Below the pieces are notes generated by a model. The model saw nothing but the letters and a program-made list of their open reading frames with translations. It was not told where the DNA came from and made no database searches. From contig CAWEXY010000021.1 of NCBI GenBank assembly GCA_963813135.1, forward strand, positions 1 through 64,000: a stretch of 64,000 nucleotides of DNA, read 5' to 3'. Shown here piece by piece: positions 1 to 9,634 of the stretch (position 1 is its first letter; each line of letters opens with the position of its first letter). The translations under genes and the position numbers were made by a program. This DNA comes from an uncultured Verrucomicrobiae bacterium. Its GTDB lineage: Bacteria; Chlamydiota; Chlamydiia; Chlamydiales; Rhabdochlamydiaceae.

Positions 1-244
1 TCCACAAAAATAGTCATAGTTAATTTCAAGAGAAGAATGAGGGTTTCTATTTAAACCATTATGATAATTATGACAAAACCATACAATCGTTAGGTATTAC
101 TATTCTGATGTTCAAACATTGTATAGGTTAACTCATCATGACCTGACTTTCTCTTGAATATGAGAAAAAAATAGTCATGAAAGATTGGCCAAATCCCTAA
201 CAGTCAATTTCCACAGAAGTTTGAGGTTTAGTATTTGAAACATT

Positions 245-406
245 AGGATGAAACCAAACTCGGAAACGGGTGGCCGGGCACGCCGCGAAACCGTTCCGCA
301 AAGGTTTCGGCGTAACAATGCAGGCAGCCGGGTCTGACCTTGGAGCAGCCGCGCACCGGATTCCATGTTCGGACCCCGTCCATTCGATTTTTGAATTATC
401 ACTCAT
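245..406 (-). pseudogene. DUF5131 / phage Gp37-Gp68 family protein, 5' fragment (frameshifted, truncated)
   Basis: [10 protein letters not shown], then in another frame [35 protein letters not shown] (three-Cys motif typical of the family). Homology stops near 245-260, where unrelated AT-rich sequence begins. Confidence 0.8.
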
Positions 407-642
407 GTTTCATGTTCAATTTGCAACCAATGTATCACGACTGGCTAGACAAAGGCTGTCCAATGCTCCGCCCCGGCACTTCATCGGCCAGTTGTGCTAC
501 CCGAAAACTTTCCAAGTGCCGGTAGCTGCTATGCACAGGCACCAATTCGGCGCTGGGCGATTCAAGATTCATGGCTCAATTCCATTGTATTCAAAGACAA
601 AGACTGACGAAGCCATTCTCGGCATATGGAAAAATCAATTCA

Positions 643-2363
643 TTATTTTTTGCTCGCAACGACTGCTTGCATCTTCTGGTGTTTCAGAGCCTGAATTAAC
701 GCGTCGAAAGAAGATCGCTTGTGTGCATTGAGCGCCATGGATGGATTTGCCTCAACAAGGTCGGCTACATCTGATTTTAACTTTCGCCTCAACTGATCGG
801 ACTCGACAGCTTGCCTTGGTGCCGAACGCATCGCGCAGCCTGTCTCGCCACCTCCCAGTTCCTTTGAATTTTGGAGATGCGGTCGAGACTCCATATTTAT
901 TTAAAAGCATATTTGCATAAAGGTGTTCATCGAAAATGTTTCTCCGATTTCGGATTCCTTCATGCCATTGCAGACAGCGAAGGTTGCGTCAGCCGTCGTG
1001 AGCAGCCGTCCAATTCCGCAGCCTTCGCTGCGTCGATTCCACATTTGTCGTGGTCAAGAAATGAATGCGTTAAAGCAGACAGTATCGCGTGCCTGGCAGA
1101 GTTTGTAGCTAAGATTTGATCCTCCAAGCAACGAGTCAATTCCAATAGTGCCTTGGGAAATTGCCACGTTCAGCTCTGGCGAGTAATGCTTCAAAAGAGC
1201 TGTGAGAGCCTTGCGATCCTCTTCACCTTCAACCAAGAGCACAAGCTCAGCATTTCTCAAATTGTCAGAGGCGCGGACGCCAAGTATTTCCCGAATCTGC
1301 TTAACGTCTTTGGCAGGTGCCGCCTTGTTCTTGTGAACCAAGATATTTGACTTCAACGAAGCACGGTCAACGAACAGCGGGCAATGCGTTGTCATAATAA
1401 CTTGATGTTTGCGTGCAATCTCGGCGAGCAGCGCTTTCAATTGGTGAATTGCCATGGGATGCAAATGCGATTCGGGCTCTTCAATTGCGAGAATTAAGTT
1501 TTTCCCCGTTGCACCCGTTTCTGACGCATGCTTCATTAAACTCAAGGCGGCCAAACTTTGCACCCCATCGCCTTTGCGGACTAGCTCGGTCGGAGTTCCA
1601 TCATCAACGATGATTTCGCAGGATCGGCGAAGTGCGCGGTAGCGTTCTTCTTGTGGAATCGAGACCCGCACTTTCTTAACATTCGGCAAGAACTCACGCA
1701 GCGTTTCCTGGATGCTCTTCGAGATCTTTTCAAGCACAGGAGCTTGAACTTTTGCTACCTCAGCCAAAGCTTTTTTCAAGTTCTCATCATCTTCTACCGC
1801 CGCGAGTTCTTTCTCCAACAATCTCCGACACAATCCGCTGTGCCGAATCAGCAGTCCTCACCGCTGGGATATAATTTATGTTGATGCGTTTTGCAACGAA
1901 TTGGGCGATTTCTTCAACCTTGCTTGTCAAGGCAGCTGCACCCGGTCCTTTTTTCAGAACACGGAAAACCGGGTTCCTTTTGTCCCAGCGTTAACTGAAC
2001 AGGAAGCGTGCCATTTAAGCTACTCTTCACCTCCTCGGCGAATTGATCGACTTCCTCCATGGTTAGTTCAAATTCAAGATTGAAGGTGGATTCTCCTCCA
2101 GGGTTCTTTTCTTGTAGTGTGACTGGAAAATCTTTCGACCATTCATACGCGCCCCGATAAATGTTTTGAGACAGAAACCGACCTCGCGCAATCCGGAACC
2201 TGCCGAGATTCCTCAATATCTCTAGCGCTGTGACGAGTGCGCGCAGGATATTTGACTTTCCTTCGTTGTTTGGTCCAATGAGGATTGTCGCTTGTCGAAT
2301 CGGCAGCTTGTAGGCAGTCGTGATGCTCCGATAATTTGTTACCGAGAAGGAGACCAATTTCAT
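643..2363 (-). pseudogene. OLD-family ATP-dependent nuclease (ABC ATPase + TOPRIM), split by several frameshifts
   Basis: ORF 1914-2363 has NYRSI and Walker A GPNNEGKSNIL. ORF 1054-1833 has signature KGDGVQS, Walker B IEEPESHLHP, H-loop MTTHCP and TOPRIM LVEGEED. Further pieces (DHDKCG, DxD-like) continue to the stop at 643. Confidence 0.85.
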
Positions 2364-2489
2364 ATATGCTTATTGAGTTTTATTTGAAGCAATTTGTTCC
2401 CATGGCTAAATGTAAACAATCGCTCTCTCCTGTCATAGTGGTGGCGGAGTGATTTGCCCGGCGTTGCGGTTTTGGGGAAAGGTTTCATG

Positions 2490-2845
2490 GCGTCCGATTC
2501 ATAACGCCGCCCTCAGCGAGAGCTTGCCGCCCGCCCAAAGGGTCTGGTGGCATTTCTTGATCGCGTGATGAGCGCCTCCTTGCTGACGGGCTGAATGTCG
2601 TTGTTCGGGTCGCCCTTGTAGAAACGGTATTCCTCCGGCTTGGGGAGCGCACGCGTCCCGCGTGCCAGTTTGGGCGTCGCGCCCGAACTTTTGACACACC
2701 ATCTTCCGGGAAATTCTCCGCGCTGAAATGTTTGTAGGACGAAGTTTTCGGCGTGACGCCGGAAACCACACGCCAGAGGCGTATGCTCCCCTTCGCCGGA
2801 GAGTTTGGCGTGGCCGTCGGTGATGGCGCGTTCGAGGTAGCTCAT
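2490..2845 (-). pseudogene. remnant of an N-6 DNA methylase (restriction-modification) gene, interrupted by a repeat element
   Basis: MSYLERAITDGHAKLSGEG ... KPEEYRFYKGDPNNDIQPVSKEALI(T)AIKKCHQTLWAGGKLS resembles, from recall, the N-terminal and HsdM-N region of N6 methylases. The catalytic domain is absent. Confidence 0.55.
2642..2791. repeat. 150-bp REP/MITE-like element with terminal inverted repeats
   Basis: GGGGAGC at 2642-2648 and GCTCCCC at 2785-2791. Internal hairpin GCACGCGTCCCGCGTGC. A related end (GACGCGGG...GTGCTCCCC) occurs at 19258-19287. Confidence 0.7.
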
Positions 2846-2909
2846 GGTGAAACCCGATTTTTAGGACACGGCGATTGTGCGCCGGAATTTTGGCGGCGGC
2901 AATAATTTA

Positions 2910-3205
2910 GTTGAGGGTTGAAAGTTGAGGGTTAAGCCAAAAGCTGAAAATCTGAAACGCTGACAGGCTGCCTTTCGTGTCGTTCGTGTATTTCGCGGTT
3001 AAGACCTTTGCGTCTTTTGCGTTCCTTCGCGGCAAATCAATCCGTGTGCATCGGTGTCCATCCGTGGTGAACAAGGCAAAAGCTCAAAGTTGAAAAGCTG
3101 AAATGCTAAAAACTGTGTCCATCAGGCCGGTTCAGAACCAGTGCGGCGCAGGACAGTTGGCTTAATGTGAGACAAATGGAGGTTGAGAGTTGAGGGTTGA
3201 GAGCC
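2910..3205. repeat. mosaic of short tandem-repeat modules (7-, 8-, 9-mers)
   Basis: GTTGAGG/GTTGAAA x4 (2910); AAAGCTGA-like x3 (2940 and ~3080); TTCGTGT-type 9-mers x3 (2972); TTTGCGT-type x3 (3006); ATCCGTG-type x3 (3039); GTTGAGA x3 (3182). Confidence 0.8.
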
Positions 3206-3396
3206 AAAAATAATTTTTCGGCGTAAGTGGTTGACCGAGCAAATCATACTCTGGCCATCTTAAGCGGCCAACTGGGCTGGATTAGCGGTTGGCATTTCTG
3301 ATGCTGATTTATTTTCCAACGCGCCCGAACGGTGCGTTCGGAATGGCACTATAACCCCATTCTTCGAATGTCGGTGTTAAGAGAAAGAGAAATATT

Positions 3397-4008
3397 ATGG
3401 CGGACTATCTGCCTAAAACAAACGGGTCGCTGGCCAGTTGGCTGGCGAATTACTCAACGAAACTGCCAACCTATGGCATCCTGCTGGGCTTCTCGCAGTC
3501 GGAAGTGACGGCCCTGGCCAAAAGCTGCACGGACGCGCATGACGCGGTGGAGGTGAAGGAGGCCAAGTGGGCCGATTACACTTCCGGCATCGCGGCCTCG
3601 CAGGAAACGATTGACGAGGGCACGGCCGCCGTGCGTGCGGCGGTGCGGCGCATGAAGGCGAGCGCGAACTACAGTGACGCCATCGGGGCGGACCTGGGCG
3701 TGGATGGTTCGGGCACACCGGTGGACCCGACGACGATCAAGCCGACGCTGACGGCCAGGGTGACGCCGGGCGCGGTGCTCATCCGCGTGAAACGACAGGG
3801 GGCGACCTCGGTGAATCTATACAGCCGGCCGGCCGGCTCGGCGCAATGGAAGCTGGTGAAGTGGATCATCACTTCGCCGTATGCGGACACCACGCCGCTG
3901 GCGCAGCCGAATGTGCCGGAACGCCGCGAGTATGCGGTGCGCGGCCTCATCGCCGACCAGGAAGTGGGCGAGATGAGCGACGCGGTGACGGTGGTGTTCG
4001 CGGGTTAG
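3397..4008 (+). CDS. hypothetical protein, helical N-terminus plus fibronectin-III-like C-terminal domain
   Basis: Clean 203-aa ORF with GC3-rich codons and a purine-rich upstream region. C-terminus has VNLYSR...W...Y.DT...EY.VRG...G..S. Confidence 0.75.
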   Translation: MADYLPKTNGSLASWLANYSTKLPTYGILLGFSQSEVTALAKSCTDAHDAVEVKEAKWADYTSGIAASQETIDEGTAAVRAAVRRMKASANYSDAIGADLGVDGSGTPVDPTTIKPTLTARVTPGAVLIRVKRQGATSVNLYSRPAGSAQWKLVKWIITSPYADTTPLAQPNVPERREYAVRGLIADQEVGEMSDAVTVVFAG

Positions 4009-4164
4009 CCCGACCGAAACTTTGGGAATCACACTGCCGCCCTTTTTTCATACCACGGAGAGGACATCGTGACCACGGGACGCTGGCGGCAGAGAAGACA
4101 CATTGGCGTCTCGTTGGAACTAGAACGCTGCGGGATGACAGTGTGAATGCCCTCATCGCCCTGC

Positions 4165-4198
4165 GGGAGCCGGAGCCATCCGGCTCCCTATTTGTTTT
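4165..4198 (+). terminator. Rho-independent terminator
   Basis: Perfect 10-bp stem GGGAGCCGGA/TCCGGCTCCC, GCCA loop, followed by TATTTGTTTT. Confidence 0.6.
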
Positions 4199-4200
4199 CC

Positions 4201-4558
4201 CGTGGCGGCAGGCATCCTTGCCTGCCGTAGAGCCGGGCTTCCAGCCCGGCGGAAAAGGGACTCACGCCATTTCGGGGGCACCAGACACATTTGAGGGATT
4301 ATGTCATTCACAAACAATTGGTGGTGGAGTTTGCCGCGCTACGGCAAGCCCGTCGCCGAGCGCAGCGACGGCATTTCAATCTTTCGCCCGGTTTGCACCC
4401 GCGCCCACGCGGACGCTGCTGCTCGCAGCGCGAGCAGCGCTACCATGGTTTGTCAAAGACATAGTCTCGCACTTTTGCGCGGGGTTGGAAGTTCCATCAT
4501 TTGATCCGGGCGGCAGGGATGCCGCCCGCCACGCCAGGCAAAGATGCCTGGCTCCACG
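4201..4558. repeat. REP-like element with paired palindromic ends
   Basis: Left end GTGGCGGCAGGCATCCTTGCCTGCCGTAGAGCCGGGCTTCCAGCCCGGC. Right end GGGCGGCAGGGATGCCGCCC...CCAGGCAAAGATGCCTGGCTCCAC, an imperfect inverse of the left. Confidence 0.6.
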
Positions 4559-4621
4559 GTGACGGAGCCGGTGGAAATTTCATTCACATGCCGGCGCGGC
4601 GCGGGTAGATTGGCGGGGCGC

Positions 4622-5428
4622 ATGAAGAAATACTGGCACGTCATCGGCGTGGGCCTGCAGAACAGCCTGACCTACCGCGTCAATTTTGTGGCGCGCACGC
4701 TGTTCAGCTTCATTCCGCTCTTCGCCATGCTGTCGCTCTGGCGGACGATTTACGCCGGGAAGGCGCCGGGCAGCGCGCTGGGCGGCTATTCGCAGGCGGA
4801 GATGATTTTTTATTACATGATGGTGGCGGTGGTGGACGTGTTCACGGCGGTGAACGAGGACGACTGGCAGATCGCCGCCGACATCCGCGAGGGCAACATC
4901 AACCAGTTCCTGCTCAAGCCGGTGGATTACCTCTGGTATCGCCTGTCGCTGTTCTTCGCCGGGCGCGTGGCGTTCATCACCATGGCCATCGTGCCGCTGG
5001 CGGTGTTCATTTTTTGCTTCCGCAGTTATTTCCAACTGCCGGCCAGCGGGCTGGCGCTGGCCATGCTGCCCGTTTCTCTTTTGCTGACGGCGCTGCTGCA
5101 ATTCTTCCTCTCCTACACGATGGCGATGCTGGCGTTCTGGCTGCTGGAAATTTCGACGCTCATCTTCATCCTGTTCGCGTTTGAATATCTGGCCAGCGGC
5201 CATCTTTTCCCGCTGGATCTGCTGCCGCCGCTGCTGGGGAAAGTGCTGTTCTTCACGCCGTTCCCGTCCATGCTCTACACGCCCATTGCCATCTACATGG
5301 GCAAGCTCGCGGGCGCCGGACTGGTGCAGGCGCTGCTCATGCAATTGTTCTGGGTGGTGGCGATTTATTGTCTCGCCCGGTTCGCCTGGCGGCGCGGCAT
5401 CCGGAAATACGCGGCGTTCGGCGGGTGA
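4622..5428 (+). CDS. ABC-2 type transporter permease (DUF990-like)
   Basis: About six hydrophobic segments; motifs LTYRVNF, DIREGNINQFLLKP and SGHLFPLDLLP; ends YAAFGG. Confidence 0.85.
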   Translation: MKKYWHVIGVGLQNSLTYRVNFVARTLFSFIPLFAMLSLWRTIYAGKAPGSALGGYSQAEMIFYYMMVAVVDVFTAVNEDDWQIAADIREGNINQFLLKPVDYLWYRLSLFFAGRVAFITMAIVPLAVFIFCFRSYFQLPASGLALAMLPVSLLLTALLQFFLSYTMAMLAFWLLEISTLIFILFAFEYLASGHLFPLDLLPPLLGKVLFFTPFPSMLYTPIAIYMGKLAGAGLVQALLMQLFWVVAIYCLARFAWRRGIRKYAAFGG

Positions 5429-5472
5429 AGGCTGGCATCAAATCCGGCCAACGGCGGGGAGTTCGGTTGCGC

Positions 5473-6738
5473 CTATCGCCGGCGCGCGATTTTGATCAGA
5501 AGGCTGCCGAACAGAATGAGCACGCCGCCCGCCACCCAGACCAGCACCCGTGCCTGGGAATTGGTTTGCGCAAATTGCGCGACCATTTCCGGCACCGAAA
5601 ATGTCCCGATCCGCAGCAGCGCCACCGGCCCGGCGTTGGCCACGGGACAGGGCGACAAATGATTTCCATCCTGCCGGGCGATGACGGAGGCGGTTGCGGA
5701 CGGTGCGGATTCAAATTTGACCTTCAAGTCGCCGATGGCGGGCTGCTCCGCGTTCTTGCCGAAGAAAATCCCGTCGTCCAGCAGGCTTGCCTGCGGCCGC
5801 AGCGGTTCGGCCAGCGCGGCGAGATTTTTATCCGTCACGGGCACGGTCTGGAAATTGTCCATCTGCGCCACCAGTTCCGGCGTGACAGTGAAGACGCCCA
5901 AGGTGATTTTGGTGGCGGCAACCGTGCGGTCGGGAATGGCCTTCGCGACGGGGTTGTCGTGGCCGGCGTTGCGGAACAAATTCGAATCAATGATTTTCTC
6001 CGACCAGTCCTTCGAGTAATTGTAAGTTTCCGTTTTCAGCAAAGTCGTGCTGTTGCCCTGCGAATCTTCCGTCGAGTAGGATGATTTGCTTTTGAGACCG
6101 CCCTGTGCCCATTGATACATCCACACGCGGCGGCGCAGCCGCAACGCCTCCGCCGTCACGCCGAATTCCGGGTCGGCCAGGTTTTCGCCGCCGGCCAGCG
6201 TGCCGGTGACGTGAACCAGTTTGCCGTCGTTCTGCGGATCAAGTTTGTCGGCGGTGATGGCGATGGCCGTGGCGAGGCGGTTGCGTTCCGGCACCACCAC
6301 GCGCGTCCAGTAAATCTGATAGCCGACAATCATCGCCAGGCCGAGGATGAAGAAGAACGATCCGAGCAGCCAGGCAACGGCTTTTTTCGGTCCTTTCAAG
6401 GGGTGGCGCATGGCGACCTTGCGGGCCTTTTGCTCGGCCACATCTTCGCGGTCGTCCTGCTCCCGTTCGGCCTTGGACATTTTGGTCCGATCCGGCAGGA
6501 TCATCAGCACGAGGGCGGTAAGCACGATTCCGACGAGTATTCCCTGGGCGGCGGTATAGCCCTTGGCCCTGCCCAACACCGCGCAGCCCCAAAGATAGAT
6601 GAGGTAGCCGGAGAAAAAGAGGATTGCGAAACCTCCAATGGGAACCAGATGCCGCACGGCGAGGACCACAGCGGTTACGAACAGAGCCGCGCCGAGAGGA
6701 ACCCCAATCGCCGCCTTCCGCTTGTCACGCGAATTCAT
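5473..6738 (-). CDS. TMEM43 (DUF1625) family membrane protein
   Basis: NDGKLVHVTG, DPEFGV, LRLRRRVWMYQW and PAIGDLKVKF motifs; N- and C-terminal TM segments. Confidence 0.85.
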   Translation of the reverse strand: MNSRDKRKAAIGVPLGAALFVTAVVLAVRHLVPIGGFAILFFSGYLIYLWGCAVLGRAKGYTAAQGILVGIVLTALVLMILPDRTKMSKAEREQDDREDVAEQKARKVAMRHPLKGPKKAVAWLLGSFFFILGLAMIVGYQIYWTRVVVPERNRLATAIAITADKLDPQNDGKLVHVTGTLAGGENLADPEFGVTAEALRLRRRVWMYQWAQGGLKSKSSYSTEDSQGNSTTLLKTETYNYSKDWSEKIIDSNLFRNAGHDNPVAKAIPDRTVAATKITLGVFTVTPELVAQMDNFQTVPVTDKNLAALAEPLRPQASLLDDGIFFGKNAEQPAIGDLKVKFESAPSATASVIARQDGNHLSPCPVANAGPVALLRIGTFSVPEMVAQFAQTNSQARVLVWVAGGVLILFGSLLIKIARRR

Positions 6739-7121
6739 AGGTGAAATAATCTCCGCCCATTATGTCACTGCCGGTTTCGTTGCCGATGATAATTTTGAAC
6801 TTTTTTCGGAATTGAAGATTGAGGCCGGCATGGGCGAGGGTTCAAAGCCGGTGACAAGTGGAGGGGCAGGGGGTTCTGGCATCAGCGGTGTAAATTAAAT
6901 TGCCGTCACTGGAGCGGAAGTCTTGTGTCCTGGCCGCTGATGGTCAGCAACAGTCATCACTGAAGCTGAATCTTCAAATGGGCCATTGACGGCGGGCAAT
7001 TCTGGCGTATGCTTCCCGGCTCGTTGCCGCAGACAATCCAGTGCTCCGGCGACCGCGTAGTGCAAGGTTTTATTCCCTCTCCACGCTGCGGCCTCATCCG
7101 CCGGAGAATTATTTTTATTTC

Positions 7122-8735
7122 ATGCTGACAATTCGAGACCTGAAGATGACGTTTGGCGGGCGCGTGCTGTTTGAAGACGCGTCCTTCTCCGTGAATTACG
7201 GCGACCGCGTCGCGCTGGTCGGGCCGAACGGCGCGGGCAAGACCACGCTGTTCTCGATTATCCTCAAGCAACTGGAGCCGGACGCCGGCAAGGTGGAGCG
7301 CGACGAATGGACGATGGTCGGCCATCTGCCGCAGGAAGCCGAGGCGCACGGCGACGAGACGATTTTGGACGTGGCCACCGGCCGGGTGGACGAGCTGCCG
7401 CGATTGGAAATGCGGCTGCACGAACTGGAAAAAGCGGGAGACGTGTCATCGCCGGAGTATCTCGAATCGCACGCCAAGCATGACGCCTTGAATGATCCGC
7501 AGGTGGAGACCAAGGCGAAGAAGATGCTGCGCGGGCTGGGTTTCCGCGACCCGGACTTCGACCGGAAGGCGAAGGAAATGAGCGGCGGCTGGATCATGCG
7601 CGCGCGGATGGCGCGGTTGCTGGTCATGGAGCCGGACCTGCTGCTGCTCGACGAGCCGACGAACCATCTTGATTTGCTCGCGTTGCTCTGGCTGCAAAAT
7701 TATCTGAAGAATTATTCCGGCGCGGTGCTGCTGATTTCTCATGACCGTGAATTCATGGACGAGGTGGTGACGCAAGTGCATGAAATTTCCGAGCGCAAGC
7801 TGCTCGATTATCCCGGCAACTACGCGGACTACCTCCGCCAGCGCGAGGAGCGTTATGAGCAGCAACTGGCCGCCTACAACAACCAGCAGAAGGAAATCGC
7901 CGCGCTTCAGCAGTTTGCCGACCGTTTCCGCTCGGTGACCTCCAAGGCGTCGCAGGCCATGGCCAAGCTCAAGCAGATTGAGCGGATGGAGCAGGTCGAG
8001 AAACCGCTGGCCCCGCGCAGGCCGTTCCGTTTTCAAATCCCGCCGCCACCGCGCGGCGGCCAGCGCGCCGCCTCACTGAACGGCATTCACATGGCCTACG
8101 GGACGACGAAAGTCTATGCCGGCCTCGACCTGACGATCGAACGCGGCGAACGCACCGTGCTCGTCGGCCCGAACGGCGCGGGCAAATCCACGCTGCTGAA
8201 AATTCTCGCCGGCGTGGTGGAGCATCAACACGGTGAGCGCGACCTCGGCCATAACGCCAAGATCGGTTATTTCAGCCAGCATCGCGCGGCTACGCTCGAC
8301 CCGGAGAAATCCGTGCTGGATGAAGTGCTGGCCGGCGCGCCGGCGATGCGCGAGGACGAGGCGCGGGCGGTGCTGGGTTCCTTCATGTTCCGCAAGGACG
8401 ACATTTACAAGCTCACGAAAGTTTTGAGCGGCGGCGAAAAGAGCCGTTTGAATCTCGTCAAGTTTCTCGTGGACCCGCCAAACCTTTTGCTGATGGACGA
8501 ACCCACCACGCACCTCGACATTCACACCGTCGAATCGCTCACGCTGGCGCTCGAACGTTACGAGGGCACGCTGGTGTTCATCTCGCACGACGTGCATTTC
8601 ATCCGCCAGCTCGCGACCAAGGTGCTGCATGTCAGCGCCGGCCAGGTGACGCCTTATGTGGGCGGCTACGATTATTTTCTGGAAAAGACCGGCACGGCGG
8701 TGGACGACGCCCGCGCCGCGCTCACGGCCGGGTGA
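7122..8735 (+). CDS. ABC-F family ATP-binding protein
   Basis: Two ABC domains (GPNGAGKTT/GPNGAGKST, MSGG/LSGGE, LLDEPTNHLD/MDEPTTHLD) joined by a helical linker; no TM segments. Confidence 0.95.
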   Translation: MLTIRDLKMTFGGRVLFEDASFSVNYGDRVALVGPNGAGKTTLFSIILKQLEPDAGKVERDEWTMVGHLPQEAEAHGDETILDVATGRVDELPRLEMRLHELEKAGDVSSPEYLESHAKHDALNDPQVETKAKKMLRGLGFRDPDFDRKAKEMSGGWIMRARMARLLVMEPDLLLLDEPTNHLDLLALLWLQNYLKNYSGAVLLISHDREFMDEVVTQVHEISERKLLDYPGNYADYLRQREERYEQQLAAYNNQQKEIAALQQFADRFRSVTSKASQAMAKLKQIERMEQVEKPLAPRRPFRFQIPPPPRGGQRAASLNGIHMAYGTTKVYAGLDLTIERGERTVLVGPNGAGKSTLLKILAGVVEHQHGERDLGHNAKIGYFSQHRAATLDPEKSVLDEVLAGAPAMREDEARAVLGSFMFRKDDIYKLTKVLSGGEKSRLNLVKFLVDPPNLLLMDEPTTHLDIHTVESLTLALERYEGTLVFISHDVHFIRQLATKVLHVSAGQVTPYVGGYDYFLEKTGTAVDDARAALTAG

Positions 8736-8809
8736 GGCTCGCCGGATTTTCATTCGCCGGTATGGGGTTGCCAATTATCCGGCAAAACGGCATTGTCAGC
8801 TTGAATTTT

Positions 8810-9079
8810 ATGGACGAACCGAAAGGGCATTCCGCCGCGCCCGCGACCACGCCGTCGCCGGCGGCGCATCCCCGCGATCCCTTGCACGGCATCACGCTGG
8901 AAAACATCCTCAATCAACTGGTGCAGCGGCACGGCTGGAGCGAAATGGGGCGGCGCATCCCCGTCCGCTGTTTCCAATTTAATCCGACGGTGAAGTCCAG
9001 CCTCACCTTCCTGCGCAAAACACCCTGGGCGCGAAAGCAGGTGGAAGACTGGTTCATCGGCGAGTTGTTGCCGAAATAA
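8810..9079 (+). CDS. VF530 (DUF2132) family DNA-binding protein
   Basis: DPLHGITLE...GW..MG..I..RCF...PTVKSSLTFLRKTPWAR.QVE. Confidence 0.9.
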   Translation: MDEPKGHSAAPATTPSPAAHPRDPLHGITLENILNQLVQRHGWSEMGRRIPVRCFQFNPTVKSSLTFLRKTPWARKQVEDWFIGELLPK

Positions 9080-9087
9080 AAAGACCC

Positions 9088-9483
9088 ATGGCCGGCGCGA
9101 AACGCATTCCCACCGACGGCGGACCGGGCTTGGGTCAAACGCCCTTCGCCGCCCTGTCCAGCGCAGGTCTCCCGCCGGCTCCGGAAAATCCGCCGGCGAA
9201 TTCTCCACCAGCTTCCGCCGCCAAACCGGCGGAGAAAAATCGCGGGCGGGTGGACATTCTCCGGGTCAAGGCCGGGCGCGGCGGCAAGACGGTGACGGTG
9301 GTGAAGAATTTTGTGGGCATCGGTCTGCCGGAAAAGGAGCAACTGGCCAGCGCGATGCAGCGCGCCTGCGGCACCGGCGGCACGGTGAAGAACGGCCAGA
9401 TCGAGATTCAAGGCGACAAACGCGCGGAGGTCGCGCGCATCCTGACCGAAGCCGGCTTTCATCCGGTGTTCGCGGGCGGGTGA
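9088..9483 (+). CDS. yciH: translation initiation factor SUI1/YciH
   Basis: KAGRGGKTVTVV...CGTGGTVKNGQIEIQGD. Confidence 0.9.
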   Translation: MAGAKRIPTDGGPGLGQTPFAALSSAGLPPAPENPPANSPPASAAKPAEKNRGRVDILRVKAGRGGKTVTVVKNFVGIGLPEKEQLASAMQRACGTGGTVKNGQIEIQGDKRAEVARILTEAGFHPVFAGG

Positions 9484-9634
9484 AGTATTCTCCGGCGCGA
9501 CTGTGCTTTTGTTCCGGACGGAACTTTATGGCGGTCGGGCGCCGGCACCTTGCGCTTGATGTTACCATCCGGCCAGCGCATCCTCGCGCGGTGCGGCGCT
9601 GGCATCGCCGGAGGTCGGAACAGTTTAGAGTAAC

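Noticed and set aside
4580..9462. Long antisense ORFs (e.g. 4580-5344, 5368-6084, 8073-8774; likewise 23414-24649 and 42231-43205)
   Set aside because: Shadow ORFs caused by the codon bias of well-supported genes on the other strand.
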